Positions 10,669 through 22,908 are shown, counted from the stretch's first letter. The stretch is 64,000 bases of DNA from Candidatus Bathyarchaeota archaeon (GCA_963771885.1 CAVYVF010000007.1:32001-96000), one strand, 5' to 3'. Program-made: numbers and translations. The notes: generated by a model not told the origin, from the letters alone.

Positions 10669-11301
10669 CTATGCCTTTAGTAACGCTTCCTTCTCGGAGG
10701 GTGAGAGTTCACGGAAACCCTTCTTGTCTATGACGGCGACGTCGAAGCTGTCGCCGCTGTATGTGTCTCTCTTCATCGCGGAGTCTATCGCCCTCGCGAC
10801 GATGGGGAGCATCTCCTTGACGGTCTTGTCTTCCTTGTAGAGTGCCTCGAGTACGCCGTAGGCGAAGGGGCTGCCTGAGCCGGTGGAGATCATCTTGTCC
10901 TCGAGGAGGCTGCCGAAGGGGTCTAGGTTGAATATGTGTGCGCCGGTGGAGTCGTATCCGCCGACTATCGCCTGCATAGGTAGGGGTGCGCCGGCCTCAC
11001 GGTTCTGGAAGAGGATGCCTGAGACTAGGGTCGCCGCCGACTTGACCGGCATGGGGCGCCCCTTCTCGAGCTCGTAGAGACGTGTGTTGACCTTGAGTAT
11101 CTCGACGACTCTCTGCGCGACGGCTACACCGCCGGCGATGGTCATGGCGAGGTTGCCCGTGATCTGGTAGACCTTCTTCGCGTGCTTGCTCGCGACGTAG
11201 TTGCCAGCCGTTGCTCTCGTGTCTGTGCCTAGTATGACGCCGTCCTTGCAGACGACGCCCACCGTCGTTGTACCTTTGAACGCCTCGATTTCCTTTGACA
11301 T
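10669..11301 (-). CDS. psmB: 20S proteasome beta subunit (catalytic type)
   Basis: Propeptide followed by G/TTTVG, DTRAT, GSGS. Confidence 0.95.
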   Translation of the reverse strand: MSKEIEAFKGTTTVGVVCKDGVILGTDTRATAGNYVASKHAKKVYQITGNLAMTIAGGVAVAQRVVEILKVNTRLYELEKGRPMPVKSAATLVSGILFQNREAGAPLPMQAIVGGYDSTGAHIFNLDPFGSLLEDKMISTGSGSPFAYGVLEALYKEDKTVKEMLPIVARAIDSAMKRDTYSGDSFDVAVIDKKGFRELSPSEKEALLKA

Positions 11302-11463
11302 GTTCCTTCCCCTACTAACGCTCTAAAGAGGGTATCCTTAGAAGGAAGACCAATTCTAGATTCTGGGTGTTATTTAAAAACCTTTTCGATTTATTGAAAA
11401 ATGGGTGACCGTAGGGGTTAAAGCCCACGGGCTCCCCCATGCTTTCAGCACCGAGGCCCCCCG

Positions 11464-12537
11464 ATGTCCTCACCCGACCCCCCGAAGGCTATTCCCGTCC
11501 ACAGGATAGACCTGCCGAGGATCGTCCTCGTGGGGAAGGGCGTCTTGTCGAGCCTCAACGGCATATGCAAGGAGCTCGGTTACCGCAAAGCGCTCATCGT
11601 GACGGGTAAGAGCACCTTCAAGGTGGCTGGGGAGAAGGTGCAGTGGATTCTCGCCAATGACGGCATAGCGTCGGGCCGCTCGATAGTCGAGGACGCCCAG
11701 CTTGAGACGGTGGGTCGCGTCATGGAGGACGCGGACAGGGCGAACGTGGATGTCCTCATCGGCGTCGGTGGCGGCAGGAACATAGACGTCGCGAAGCTCG
11801 CCGCCGCGAAAAGGGGGAAGGCCTTCATAAGCGTCCCAACCGTGGCCAGCCACGACGGCATCGCCAGCAGCCTCGCCTCAGTCAAGGGGATGGAGCGCCC
11901 CTACACGGTCAAGGCCGTGTCACCCGTCGCCGTCGTCATGGACAGCGGCATCATCGCCGAGTCGCCTTACAGGTTCACAGCCGCCGGCTGCGGTGACGTG
12001 ATAAGCAAGGTTACCGAGGTTGAGGACTGGAAGCTCGCACACGCCGATAACGGCGACTACTACGGCGCATACGCGGCCAGCCTCGCACTCATGAGCAGCC
12101 AGCTCATCATAGAGGGCGCCGACAGGATAAGAAGAAACACCTCGGAGACCGTTCGTGACCTACTTGAAGCCCTCATCAGTTGTAGCACCTCGATGAGCAT
12201 CGCCGGGAGCAGCCGACCCTGCAGCGGCTCTGCGCACCTCTTCAGCCACGCCCTTGATCTCATCGTCGACAAGCCCGCACTCCATGGGGAGCAGTGCGGC
12301 GTCGGCGCCATAATGATGGCGCGCCTCCACGGCCTCGATTGGGAGCGTATTAGGGAGGCGCTGGAGAAGATCGGCGCCCCCACGACGGCGAAGGTCCTCG
12401 GTATCCGGAAGGAGAAGATCATAGAGGCGCTTGCCATAGCGCAGGACATTCGCCCGGACAGGTACACGATACTCTCCAAAATCAAGCTGGATAAGGCCTC
12501 CGCTGAGGCTTTGGCCCTCGAAACCGGCGTGATCTAG
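11464..12537 (+). CDS. egsA: sn-glycerol-1-phosphate dehydrogenase
   Basis: GVGGG..IDVAK, PTVASHDG, SSRPCSGSAHLFSHALD, HGEQCG. Confidence 0.95.
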   Translation: MSSPDPPKAIPVHRIDLPRIVLVGKGVLSSLNGICKELGYRKALIVTGKSTFKVAGEKVQWILANDGIASGRSIVEDAQLETVGRVMEDADRANVDVLIGVGGGRNIDVAKLAAAKRGKAFISVPTVASHDGIASSLASVKGMERPYTVKAVSPVAVVMDSGIIAESPYRFTAAGCGDVISKVTEVEDWKLAHADNGDYYGAYAASLALMSSQLIIEGADRIRRNTSETVRDLLEALISCSTSMSIAGSSRPCSGSAHLFSHALDLIVDKPALHGEQCGVGAIMMARLHGLDWERIREALEKIGAPTTAKVLGIRKEKIIEALAIAQDIRPDRYTILSKIKLDKASAEALALETGVI

Positions 12538-12624
12538 GCGTGGCACAATCAGGCGTGTTTATCACAGAACCAACTACACATTTATATTAACTGAACCCAC
12601 TGAGAAGGTCGAGATCAGCCCCTG

Positions 12625-14802
12625 GTGGACATTTTGAGCAGCGTCCAGTTGAAGGTAGCCGAAGCGAAGCAGCAGAGGGACGTCGGGCGTAGCATCGCCC
12701 GCATGGACTCGGATACGATGAAGACCCTAGGCGTCACCGTAGGCGACGTCGTCGAGGTCGTCGGCAAGAAGTCGACGGCGGCGAAGGCGTGGCCCGCCTA
12801 CCCCGAGGACCAGGGATTAAGCCTCCTCCGCATAGACGGCTTCATCAGGAAAAACTGCAACGTCAGCATAAACGAGTTCGTGCAGGTGAAGAAGGCGGAA
12901 GCCGAGTACGCTGTCGGCATAAAGCTGGCCCCCGTCGACATCAGGATCAGCGTCGACAACGACTTCATCAGATTCGTGAAGGACCGCCTCATCGACCGCC
13001 CAGCTACGAGGGGTGACACGCTGCTCATAATGATGCTGGGACACTCGGTGCCGTTCATGGTCGTCAACACGCGCCCAGCCGGCATCGTAAAGATCAGCCC
13101 AACGACTGAGATCCAGATCCTGAGCGAGCCCGTTCCCGAGATGGAGATGCCGAGCAGGACAACCTACGAGGACATCGGTGGCCTGAACGAAGAGATCCGG
13201 CGAATCCGTGAGATGGTCGAGCTTCCGCTCCGCCACCCCGAGATATTCCAGCGCCTCGGTATCGACCCGCCGAAGGGAGTGCTTCTGCACGGTCCACCCG
13301 GCTGCGGGAAGACGCTCCTCGCCAGGGCGGTCGCCAACGAGTCTGATGCCAACTTCTACGCGATAAACGGCCCAGAGATAATGAGCAAGTTCTACGGCGA
13401 GTCCGAAGGCAGGCTCAGGAAGATGTTCGAGGACGCAGAGAAGAACGCGCCGAGCATACTGTTCATTGATGAGATAGACGCCATCGCCCCGAAGAGGAGC
13501 GACGTCACAGGCGAGGTAGAGAGGCGCGTCGTCGCGCAGCTACTCGCCAGCATGGACGGGCTGAAGAGCAGGGGGCACGTCATAGTCATCGGCGCCACGA
13601 ATAGGCCGGACGCCATAGACGAGGCGCTCCGCCGCCCTGGGCGCTTCGACAGGGAGATCGAAATCGCCACTCCCGGCAGAGAGGGTCGCCTCGAGATTTT
13701 GCAGATACACACACGAGGCATGCCCCTTGCCGAGGACGTCAACCTCACAAAGGTAAGCGAGTTCACACACGGCTACACAGGCGCCGACCTCGAGGCACTC
13801 AGCCGCGAGGCAGCCATGAAGGCGCTCCGCAGGTACCTGCCCAAGATCGACCTCGAGCAGAAGAGGATACCCCACGAGGTCCTAGACCAGATGGTCGTAA
13901 CAACAGAGGACATCATGGGCGCATTCAGAGAGGTCACACCAACAGCGATGCGTGAGGTCTACATCGAGACGCCGAACGTCCGCTGGGACGAGGTCGGCGG
14001 TCTTGAGATCGTCAAGCAGTCGCTCAAGGAGGCGGTCGAGTGGCCGCTGAAGACCCCTGAGCGGTTCACGCGCTTGGGTATACAGCCGCCAAAGGGCATA
14101 CTTCTCCACGGGCCACCGGGCTGCGGTAAGACGCTGCTCGCAAGAGCAGTCGCAACCGAGTCTGAGGCCAACTTCATCAGCATCAGAGGCCCCGAGATAT
14201 TCAGCAAGTGGGTCGGAGAGTCCGAGAAGGCGATCAGGGAGACGTTCCGCAAGGCGCGAATGGCGGCGCCGAGCATCATATTCTTCGACGAGTTCGACGC
14301 CCTCGTCCCCGCGAGGGGCGGAGGTGGCGACAACCGCGTCACCGAGCGCGTCATAAGCCAGCTGCTCACAGAGATAGACGGGCTGATGACCCTGCAGAAT
14401 ATAGTTGTCATCGCGGCGACGAACCGCCCAGACATGATCGACCCCGCCATACTACGCCCCGGCAGGTTCGATAGGCGTGTCTACGTGCCCCCGCCAGACG
14501 GCGAGGCCCGGCTCAGGATACTTCAGATAAAGACGAAGGACATGCCTCTGGAGAAGGTCAAGATTGAGGACCTGGCGAAGAAGATGCAGGGATACAGCGG
14601 CGCCGACATCGACGCCATCTGCCGCGAGGCGGCTATTAATGCCCTACGCAGGGACCCCGATACGCAGAAGGTTCTCGGCACCGACTTCGAGAAGGTCATG
14701 GATGATATAGTTCCCTCGATTACTCCTGAGATGGAGAAGTGGTACCAGGACACGAACAAGCGTATCCGGGACCAGCAGAAGCCTCCCATGGATATCGCAT
14801 AG
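12625..14802 (+). CDS. cdc48: CDC48/VAT AAA ATPase
   Basis: N-domain plus two AAA modules (GPPGCGKT x2, ATNRPD, RPGRFDR). Confidence 0.95.
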   Translation: MDILSSVQLKVAEAKQQRDVGRSIARMDSDTMKTLGVTVGDVVEVVGKKSTAAKAWPAYPEDQGLSLLRIDGFIRKNCNVSINEFVQVKKAEAEYAVGIKLAPVDIRISVDNDFIRFVKDRLIDRPATRGDTLLIMMLGHSVPFMVVNTRPAGIVKISPTTEIQILSEPVPEMEMPSRTTYEDIGGLNEEIRRIREMVELPLRHPEIFQRLGIDPPKGVLLHGPPGCGKTLLARAVANESDANFYAINGPEIMSKFYGESEGRLRKMFEDAEKNAPSILFIDEIDAIAPKRSDVTGEVERRVVAQLLASMDGLKSRGHVIVIGATNRPDAIDEALRRPGRFDREIEIATPGREGRLEILQIHTRGMPLAEDVNLTKVSEFTHGYTGADLEALSREAAMKALRRYLPKIDLEQKRIPHEVLDQMVVTTEDIMGAFREVTPTAMREVYIETPNVRWDEVGGLEIVKQSLKEAVEWPLKTPERFTRLGIQPPKGILLHGPPGCGKTLLARAVATESEANFISIRGPEIFSKWVGESEKAIRETFRKARMAAPSIIFFDEFDALVPARGGGGDNRVTERVISQLLTEIDGLMTLQNIVVIAATNRPDMIDPAILRPGRFDRRVYVPPPDGEARLRILQIKTKDMPLEKVKIEDLAKKMQGYSGADIDAICREAAINALRRDPDTQKVLGTDFEKVMDDIVPSITPEMEKWYQDTNKRIRDQQKPPMDIA

Positions 14803-15022
14803 GTGAACGATTTGGACGCAAAGCTAATTCCCTCAACAGTCGTGGAGGCCCTCGGCAAGAGCGGCGCCATGGAGTTCGACGACCTGCTAAAGCAGGTGCA
14901 GAAGTACCAGAAGAACATAAACGAGAACGAGTTTGGTAAGTCTTCTCATGGATATGGAGATACAGGGCCTCGTCAGGGTCACCAAGATGGCTAAGGGGAA
15001 GCGCAGGATAGAGCTCGTGTAG
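14803..15022 (+). CDS. Small winged-helix-like hypothetical protein, frameshift near 14943
   Basis: Two frames join into ...NENEFGKSLMDMEIQGLVRVTKMAKGKRRIELV*. Confidence 0.55.
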
Positions 15023-15035
15023 GGGGGCACAGGGA

Positions 15036-16078
15036 ATGGGCGTCCAGTTCGGCGACCTCGTCGAGCCCCGCAAGATTTCTCTGGATGAGCTGAAGGGTAG
15101 GTCCGTCGCATTCGACGGTCACAACGTCATCTACCAGTTCTTGGCGATTATCCGTGGTCAGGGTGGGGAGCAGCTCAAAGACGCGCGGGGCAACGTCACC
15201 AGCCACCTCAGCGGCATTCTTTACCGCAACAGCAACCTCATGGAGGCTGGCGTCCGCGTCGTCTACTGTTTCGACGGCAGGCCGCATGAGTTCAAGAGGC
15301 AGACCCTAGAGGCGCGCCACGAGTCAGCGTGTTCAGGCTAGGCAAAAGTTTGAGAAGGCGGTTGAGGAGGGTGACCATGTAGCGGCGCGCCGCTGGGGGC
15401 AGCAGAGTGTCGTCGCCTCAAGCGACACCATCGGCGAAGCAAAGAGGCTTACTCACGCTGATGGGCATCCCCTGGATACAGTCCCCGGGTGAGGGGGAGG
15501 CTCAGGCTGCTCACATGGCGATAAAGGGTAGCGTCTGGGCGGCGAGCAGCCAGGACTTCGACTCCCTGCTCCTCGGCGCTCCACGCCTCGTCAGGAACCT
15601 TAGCATAAGTGGGCGAAGGAAGCTGCCGAAGAAGAACGTCTACATTAAGGTCGAGCCCGAGATCTACGAGTACCAGAAGTTCCTAGCAGAGCTCGGGCTG
15701 ACGCGTGAGCAGCTGATAGATGTAGGTATACTCATAGGCACAGACTACAACCCCGAAGGCATCAAGGGAATAGGTCCGAAGACGGCGATCAAGCTCATCA
15801 AGAAACATGGTAGCCTCGAGGCGCCCTCTCTGAGTTACCAAATGCCGAGTTCCCTCATCCCGTCAGACGAGATCAGGGAGCTCTTCCTCAACCCCCCAGT
15901 CACCGACGACTACAAGCTAGACTGGGGGAAGCCCGACACGGCGGGGATACTCAGCTACCTCTGCGGTGAGCATAACTTCAGCAGGGAGAAGGTGCTTGGG
16001 GCGATTGAGAAGATGGATAAAGGCTTCAAGTCGGCGACAAAAGGCGCCGCGAGACTCGACAAGTGGTTCGGCTTTTAA
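15036..16078 (+). CDS. fen: Flap endonuclease 1 (frameshifts near 15320-15420, probable errors)
   Basis: MGV start, YQFLAIIR, TSHLSG, FDG, GEGEAQAAH, SQDFDSLL, GTDYN, GIGPKTA, C-terminal PIP-box-like LDKWF. Confidence 0.92.
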
Positions 16079-16111
16079 CTCCATTACGCCAAATTAGACC
16101 CGGTCACTTTC

Positions 16112-16245
16112 TTAGAAGAGATAAGGGTCGAGGGGGCGGCGGAGGGCTACGTCGAGGCCCTCCATAGGTACGGTGTGGATTACGTCTTCGCCTCGCCGGG
16201 GACAGAGTTCGTCCGCTCTGGGAGTATCTCGCGAAGTACAATGCG
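16112..16245 (+). pseudogene. N-terminal fragment of a thiamine-pyrophosphate-binding enzyme
   Basis: Manual translation LEEIRVEGAAEGYVEALHRYGVDYVFASPGTEF.., resembling the TPP-enzyme N-terminus (GVDYxFxxPGTE); similarity stops after about 45 codons. Confidence 0.6.
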
Positions 16246-16775
16246 CGAATATTGTGGGTAAGAGTCGGGCATACATCGCCAATAGGCTAAGGCTGCTCCA
16301 CATGGACTACTACCAAGCCCAAAGTGTTTTGGCCAAAACACAACCCCCTCCTCGGGCAGCCCTAAAGAACCAGACCACACCAATCACCGAAAAATACCGA
16401 CTAGCAGACCTAATGATAAACTGGAACCTCAGCTTCGAGGAACAGAAAACCGCCACCCAAACAATACGCGCCAACGGGGATACCATCCGGTTCAACCGAA
16501 GCGTCCCCGTCAAAGGCCTCATCACCGATCCAAGGTACCAAGACGCGGATGCGTCCCACCCCGAGAAATACCCGGCGAGAGGCGTGCAACTGTACCCCAT
16601 ATCCGTTTAGGTGGAGGGCGTAGTCCGCTGGGGAGACCTGATGGTGGAGGAGGATCGAAGCCGGGGAGTGGATACGCTTGATGTTGAGATCGTTTTTAGG
16701 ACGGAATGGCTCAGTAGGGAGGCAACCACGCCCGTTGAGACGTGGCTTAATTCTCTGACGGTATTTTTCCGGTGA
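16240..16775 (+). pseudogene. ParB/Spo0J-like HTH remnant with internal TAG
   Basis: IVGKSRAYIANRLRLL resembles the Spo0J HTH consensus GKSRxxVxNxLRLL; no 5' part, TAG at 16608-16610. Confidence 0.5.
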
Positions 16776-17074
16776 GGTCGGATGCTCAGAGGGCTAGTAG
16801 CCGGATGCTGTGTGAGCTCCTCAGAGGAAGGGAGGGGAGTGCCCGCTGCTGGTAGTTGAGCCCCTCGCCGCCGTGGGCGACGTTGAAACCGCGGAGATGC
16901 CCGCTATAGGCGAACTGCCTCATGCTAAATAATGACGCGTGCACGGATTCCCCGGTAACGTGCACTCGGTTAATTTGCCTGGGTGAATCCTCGGACGGAT
17001 TAGGTTCTCCCGAAGCGGCGCCTTAGCATCTCCCTCCTCAATTTGGTTGGAGGCGTTTTATGTAAAACGTTGAC

Positions 17075-17492
17075 GGCTTTTACCGGCGCCTCGATGCTTG
17101 GCTGGTGCATGGCTCCTATCGGCTCGTGGGGCTGGCTCCTGTAGCTTGGTGTTGGCTGTGTTGTGTGTCGGCGGTAGAGGTGGCTTTAGCTGCTGGTGTG
17201 TTAGGGGGCTGCGGCGGCTGGTGTGGCTTCAACTGGGTAGACAGGGGCTGTGTTGGCTCTTAAGCGGTTGTTTTGGATGCGGCTTTTCTTCGTGGTTGGC
17301 GTGGTGGCTTCGCGGCTGCGTGCTTGGTTAGTTGTTGTAGTGTCCTCTATAGGAGGCTTTGTAGATGGGGAGAAAATTCGCTACTAATTCTGCTAACCTA
17401 AGCCGCGGCGTGCTGCCGTGTGCCGCAGCGAGCCGCACGAGCCACAGCGAGCCGTCAGCGAGTCGCTGCAGCCATTCAGCCGACGAGCCGAG
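17075..17492. repeat. Strand-polarised GGCT / AGCC short-motif array
   Basis: About 17 GGCT in 17075-17358, then about 7 AGCC (partly as CAGCGAGCC units) in 17401-17490. Confidence 0.7.
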
Positions 17493-17970
17493 GAGTTGAG
17501 GTATCTGCCTTGCATCTATACCCCATTCAGCGAATGATGGATTATAATTGATTTATATCTTTTAATTTCACCTACATATTCTCGTCCTGATACGATGCGC
17601 GTGCCCTCGCCCCCGAAAAGCTCAGAGCCTCAAACTTTACGGTCCCCTGATCGACCCAGAGAGACGCGTCAATATATCCACTGAAGGAGTGAATAATCAA
17701 CCACTGAGCTATAGCAGACGCTGCAGCGATCTCTCTCACACGCCTTGATCCATCTTTCCATCTACGAGCAGAACTCCCCCATTTTGGTCAAAGGTCACGC
17801 TACGTATGTGGCGGCTGAGAGTCTCACCTATTTAGGCAACCAGCATCATAATGTGTCAGTATAACTTGTCGAGCTTTGGTTACCAAAATAGAAATCGAAA
17901 AGATTGCGTGGCTTTCAGAAGTGGATGAACTATGACTTCAAAGAACTGTAAAAAAAGATTGCAGTTGTGA

Positions 17971-20900
17971 TCACGTTATGGAGAAGTTGGCGTTACTCGT
18001 AATCCGTGATCGCGGCATATGACGTGCTGGTAATCCGAATCCTGTAATCAGAGCCAGCAGCCAAAGTCAGAGGGAATAAGCCACTTCTGAAGCCCAGTAT
18101 TCGCGGAGCTCCGAGAAACCAACTTCGCCAGTTCACCCCCCTTCAACAGACTCAATCCTCACATACGGCCCCGTCACCCCAGTGGAGGACCAAGTAATGG
18201 AGTAGACCTTACCCCTTACCCAGCTCTCTCCCACCATTAGGCGCAGTGACGATAATCGAGTCAGAGGCAGCCGAGCTCACGCGAGAAGTACGAGTTACTG
18301 GCGTCCATGATTGACCCATCCGAAGTGCTCGTGACCCTGATTGAGTAGTCGGCTCCAATCGCCTGGGCGGCGGGTATCGTCCAGCGAGAAGGCCCCCGTG
18401 TTAGACGTGCTGGCCGAGATCACCATGTTAACCGATCCTGCTTTCAGCAGCTCAATCTTCACGTATGACCCCGTCGGCCCGCGCTGGTGGTCCAAGTGAC
18501 TGCTTGTATCGAGCCTTGCAGCCAGCTTTCGCCTCCGTTCGGGGAGGTCACTGTGATGGTGTTGGCTGGGGTGGTGCCTATTGTGAGGTAGAAGTCGCTT
18601 GTGTCGGTGATCAACGGGTAGGTTCTGCTGTTTACCCTGATCTTGTAGTCTGAACCCTGTATCTGGGTTGTGGGTATCAACCACTTCTGCTCTCCATCGT
18701 TCAAGGAGCTTGAGGCGATAACCCGGTTAAGGACGCCGCTCTTCAAGAGCTCGATCCTAACATACGTTCCAATGGTTCCCGTGGAGGCCCAACTTATGGC
18801 GTATATCGTTCCCGGCATCCAGGTCTCACCACCATTAGGAGCCGTGACGGTGATCGAGCCGGTTGACGAGGGATTTATGGTGAAGTATGCGTCGCTGGTG
18901 TCGGAGATAGCCTCATTTGAAGTACTGATAACCCGGACCGAGTAGTCCGCACCCACCATCTGCGTGGGGGGTATGTCCCAGTCGAGGGTCCCGTCATTTT
19001 CGGTGCTGATGAACATCACGGTGTTGACCGCGCCACCCTTCAGCAGCTCGACCCTCACATACGGCCCAACGTCGCCGGTGCTTGACCAGGTTATCGGGAT
19101 CGGCTCGCCCTGAGTCCAGCTCTCCCCACCATTCGGTGAGGTTACCGTTATCGTTGACGAATATATTGCCTATTGAGAAGTATCCGTCGCTAGTATCTTT
19201 GATCGATGCGTCAGTCCTGCTAGTAATTCTAATAGAGTAGTCCGCCCCAAGAGTCTGCGTGGCAGGCATCAGCCACTTCTGCTCACCGTCGTTCACCGAG
19301 TTAGAGGCTATGACCCTGTTAATGACGCCGCCTTTCGAGCAATTCGATTATCACGTATGATCCGGTGCTGCCTGTTCTACTCCAGGTGATCGTGTAGATC
19401 TTACCAGGGAGCCAGACCTCCCCTCCATTCGGCGAGGTGACGGTTAAGGTTCCCAGCGTGGGCTGCCCATAGCCTGTAATTGCGGGCTCGGGGGAGACAA
19501 GTTTCCGGACATAAAAATTATCAACGTAATCATGCCCAGCCGGCTCACTGTGGCACCTATTCATAGGCGAAGACTTCACCGGACTACCCCACGCTGACTC
19601 GTAGCCGAGCCCATAACTAGTGCCGTTAACGACGACGCTTGCGGAGCCGCTCAGACACTTGAACTCAAAATCGTACCACTTGTTGATCGAGTAGCTCAAC
19701 TGAGGGTTCCAATCCCTCATAGCTGAGCCATCCCAGTACCCGAATCTGCCATTTAACCGGCTTAAACCAATTTCCAGTAGATCTGAGCCATCGGACTTGT
19801 ATGCGATGTTTCCAGTGTTCCACCAGTTCCACCAATTCCCATTCAGGCTAGTCATCCACTTGAAGCCGATTGCGACCTCGCCACTGTCGCTCCAGGGCTG
19901 CGTAGTCAGCGTAGTGTATACACCGTCGCAGTTATCGTAGATGTCTGTCACCTTCCCGGACCCACTGGGGTTCGCCTTGACCTGTATGTAGGCGGCTCCA
20001 ATTACGCCAGACGTAGACCACTTCTCGGAGTCGGGGGTAGAGTTCAGGTTGGTCTCTTCGAAGTCGTCGAAAAAGAGGAACACGTTATCACCATTGTCAA
20101 TTGAGGTCGCTAAGCTGTTCCCGTAGTAGACGAGGAAACCGGTGGTCGCGGGATAAGCCGGGATCTGGGGAATCTTAACCCAGACGTCCGCGTAGTCGCC
20201 GTCGATCTTTTGCTGTATCCAGTAGCTAAGATCGAGTCACCCCATCCATGGTTGTGAACCTGATGTCCCCGAAGTCAGCCCTACACTGGCCCCCGAGGTA
20301 CATGTCTGAGGCGCTGCTAGTCCCGGAGCCATAATGCAGTCGGATCAACACAGGGTAATTGTTTGGGCACCGGCCATTGAACCGGTCAGGGTAACGCGTT
20401 GACCATATTTCCACGTGGATCTGGCGTAGATGGCCTTAACGGTGCCAGGTTCAGTTACTATAAGGGTGGATGGGTTTTGGTTAGTCGAGTTCAGTGTTGC
20501 TCCTCCGGTTACCTCCCAGTGGTCAAACACATTGAATCCCACTGGGATGTAGCTTAGCATATGAGCCCCTGCGGTAACATGCACCGAGGAAGGCGGGGTG
20601 TACTTGCTGTCGTCAACTTTGATTTCCCCCAGGCTCTGCGAGGACCCACCCGCCTCTTGGGAGCTTAGGCTGATCTGGTGCCCGATTGTAATGTCAGCTT
20701 CTCCGGTTATTCCATCATATATTGACCCAACCTGCCAGTAGGCGGAGAGTCTACCGACCCTCATGAGCGAATCAGCGTAAACGAACAACTCCTCCGCCGA
20801 AGCCAGTGTATTGAGATTTGCGTAAGCGGGAAGATATTGCCCATCCCCTCCGCCAGGAAGTAGGTGAATATGCCATTCTGGTAGAATATCATCTTCGTAG

Positions 20901-21556
20901 CTGAGTGTGTTCTCCAGACTCGCCATCAAAACGACGACTCCCTGATTGTTTAGGTCCTTTGGCGAGATTCCCGAGTTCGAAGGCCCTCGGCATACCCTCA
21001 TAGTATTTTGCGGTGAGGCTGCTGGGAGTCGACGCGGCCTTGCGATACCGCCAGAGTAAACATGAGTCAAAGATAGCTTATCTTCCGATCCGAGTTGACT
21101 ATGCCCATAAGGGTCGAGATCTAATCATCTGTAATGAAGTATAGATCCCTTGACACTATGGACTCGTCTATTCCATCGGCTTCATCACCGTTAGTGTCCG
21201 GAGCTCCATATCCGTGGCCAGAGAAGTAGAATATGAAGGTGTCAGTGGAGGCGACTTCGGTTGATAGATAAGTGAAGCTGTTCACGATGTTGCTGGCCGT
21301 AGCATCCGAGTTCACTACGGAAGATTATGTTAGAGGCATTCCAACCATTGTAAGTGACTAGGTTATAGGCGATGTCGTTGGCGTCGTCGTCGGGGTATTG
21401 AAGGTCGTTTGCTGTACCGTCGTAGTCGGCTATCCCCACAACTATAGCCCATCCTTTCCTGACAGTGACTGCATTTGCTGGTTGCGGGTATGTAACTTGG
21501 AGCACGCTGATTAGCGTTAAAATTAGGATAATTGATGCAGCTCTTTTTATGAATAA
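17971..21556 (-). CDS. Large secreted protein: metacaspase (peptidase C14) + DUF2341-like + five Ig-like VTxPNGGExW repeats; heavily frameshifted
   Basis: Signal-peptide-like N-terminus; AIVVGIADY, FYFSGHG, DEADGIDESIV, IFDSC(frameshift)YSGG; DIRFT..YWI..VWVK..YYGN..FDDFE; 5 repeats VT[S/A]PNGGE[S/T/V]W. Confidence 0.75.
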
Positions 21557-21841
21557 ATTTTATGGAAGTAAATTTTGTTAGTCTATTATTTAGGGACGGG
21601 TTCACTGATGTGTTTTTCTGCAATTTATTAATATAACGTTTTCCTAACCATTAATTAGAATTTTTAGTTCAGCATGCAGTAGTAGAGCGGGAGACTGGCG
21701 AACACCTCTTATTATTATCCGCCTCCCCCCTCGCTTTTGTCTGCGCGCGCAATATGCAAAGACAGGTGTGTATGTATTCATCATTTGAATATTGAAAAGT
21801 CAATTTTTCCGGCTGTCTACGCGGAAAGTGTGTTTCGGGGT

Positions 21842-21920
21842 TGGTGCTCCCGCCGGGATTTGAACCCGGGATCCCGGACTCGAGAGGCCCATATCCTTGA
21901 CCGGACTAGACGACAGGAGC
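21842..21920 (-). tRNA. tRNA-Glu (anticodon CTC), CCA encoded
   Basis: GCTCCTG/CGGGAGC acceptor stem, anticodon arm TGGGC-CTCTCGA-GTCCG, GGTTCAAATCC. Confidence 0.95.
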
Positions 21921-21964
21921 GCGCCAAATAGTCTACCCAGTCCACAATAAAAACGTTAACCCGC

Positions 21965-22855
21965 TTAGATGTCGTCCCGGAGTTTCAGCAGCTTCGCGAT
22001 GTTCGCATCCTTCCTGACGACGGGCTTGATCATTCCCTTCGTAGAGGTGAAGAGCGTCGTCACCCCTGGGCCGTGTCCCGCAACGACGCAGTTGCTGTGG
22101 GTAACGATACCCACGGTAACGGCACCTTTCCTGTAGATGCGCCCGTAGCTGCTATCCGCGTCCGTGATGGCGACGAGGTCGCCGAGGCGCAGGTCGTCCA
22201 GGTGGCATCCCTCCACGGTCTCCGAGCAGAACATCGTGATGTCGTAGTCGCCGCTGCTCGTCTGGCTGCTGCCGAGGCCCGAGCCCATTATCGCGGCTGG
22301 TATAACATGGGTCACGGGCACCTCAAGCATCCCCTTGACATCCTCGGGTTGACAGCGTCGAGGAACTCGGGGCTCGTGTTGTAGACCTTCACATCGGGTG
22401 CATCGAGCAGCTTCAACCCGACTCCACACGCCCTGATCTGCACCTTGTCCTCGATCACCAGCTTCTCCAAGGTCTCAGGGGGGAAGTCGACCATGACATG
22501 CTCTATCCCACCGTGCTTGCCCACGACTACTCCCTTCTCCCCCTTCGCGTCCCCCTTGACCACGACCGCCTCGTTTCCTATGCAGGCGAGGACGTTCAAC
22601 GCGTTGCTCTGCCCCCGTGGGAAGCGTGAGTCGCTCACCCTGTTCTCGAGGCTTACACCCGGCTCGACGTGGTCCGCCATCCAGCCGCAGGCGAGGTCGC
22701 CTACCCTGATGTTGTATGTGATTCCTCCCACGCCGGGGAGGATCACCGGCTCTCCCATCCGCTGTTATTTTGTAGACGGCGTCCGAGATGACTGGGCTCA
22801 CTATCTCGCCGATGACCGACACCTTGACGAGCTTATCCCTGTTAGTCTTCAACAA
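21965..22855 (-). CDS. DUF4438-family protein (two frameshifts)
   Basis: Three partial ORFs join: PGVGGITYN, DHVEPGVS, ACIGNEA, GKHGG, MGSGLG, GDYDI, GHGPGV. Confidence 0.75.
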
Positions 22856-22908
22856 ACCAGATCGAGAGAAAAATGGCGCGATAACCTGTTAAAACTTGCT
22901 GAGAGCGC

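Noticed and set aside
16893..16942. GGAGATG...TAATGAC resembling a fluoride riboswitch
   Set aside because: The pseudoknot and P1 pairings cannot be formed, and no crcB-type gene is adjacent.
16975..17030. GGGTGAATCC...GGATTAGG...CCCGAA resembling part of a c-di-AMP (ydaO) riboswitch
   Set aside because: The upstream GGGGGAACC and downstream GTCAGCTAACC elements are missing, and no downstream gene is present.
17098..17331. 77-aa Gly/Trp/Cys/Leu-rich ORF
   Set aside because: By-product of the GGCT-rich low-complexity array.
17696..17720. tRNA-like D-arm fragment GCTATAGCTCAGTGGT on the minus strand
   Set aside because: No anticodon or T arm follows, and it does not match the tRNA-Glu end, so it is not an att site.
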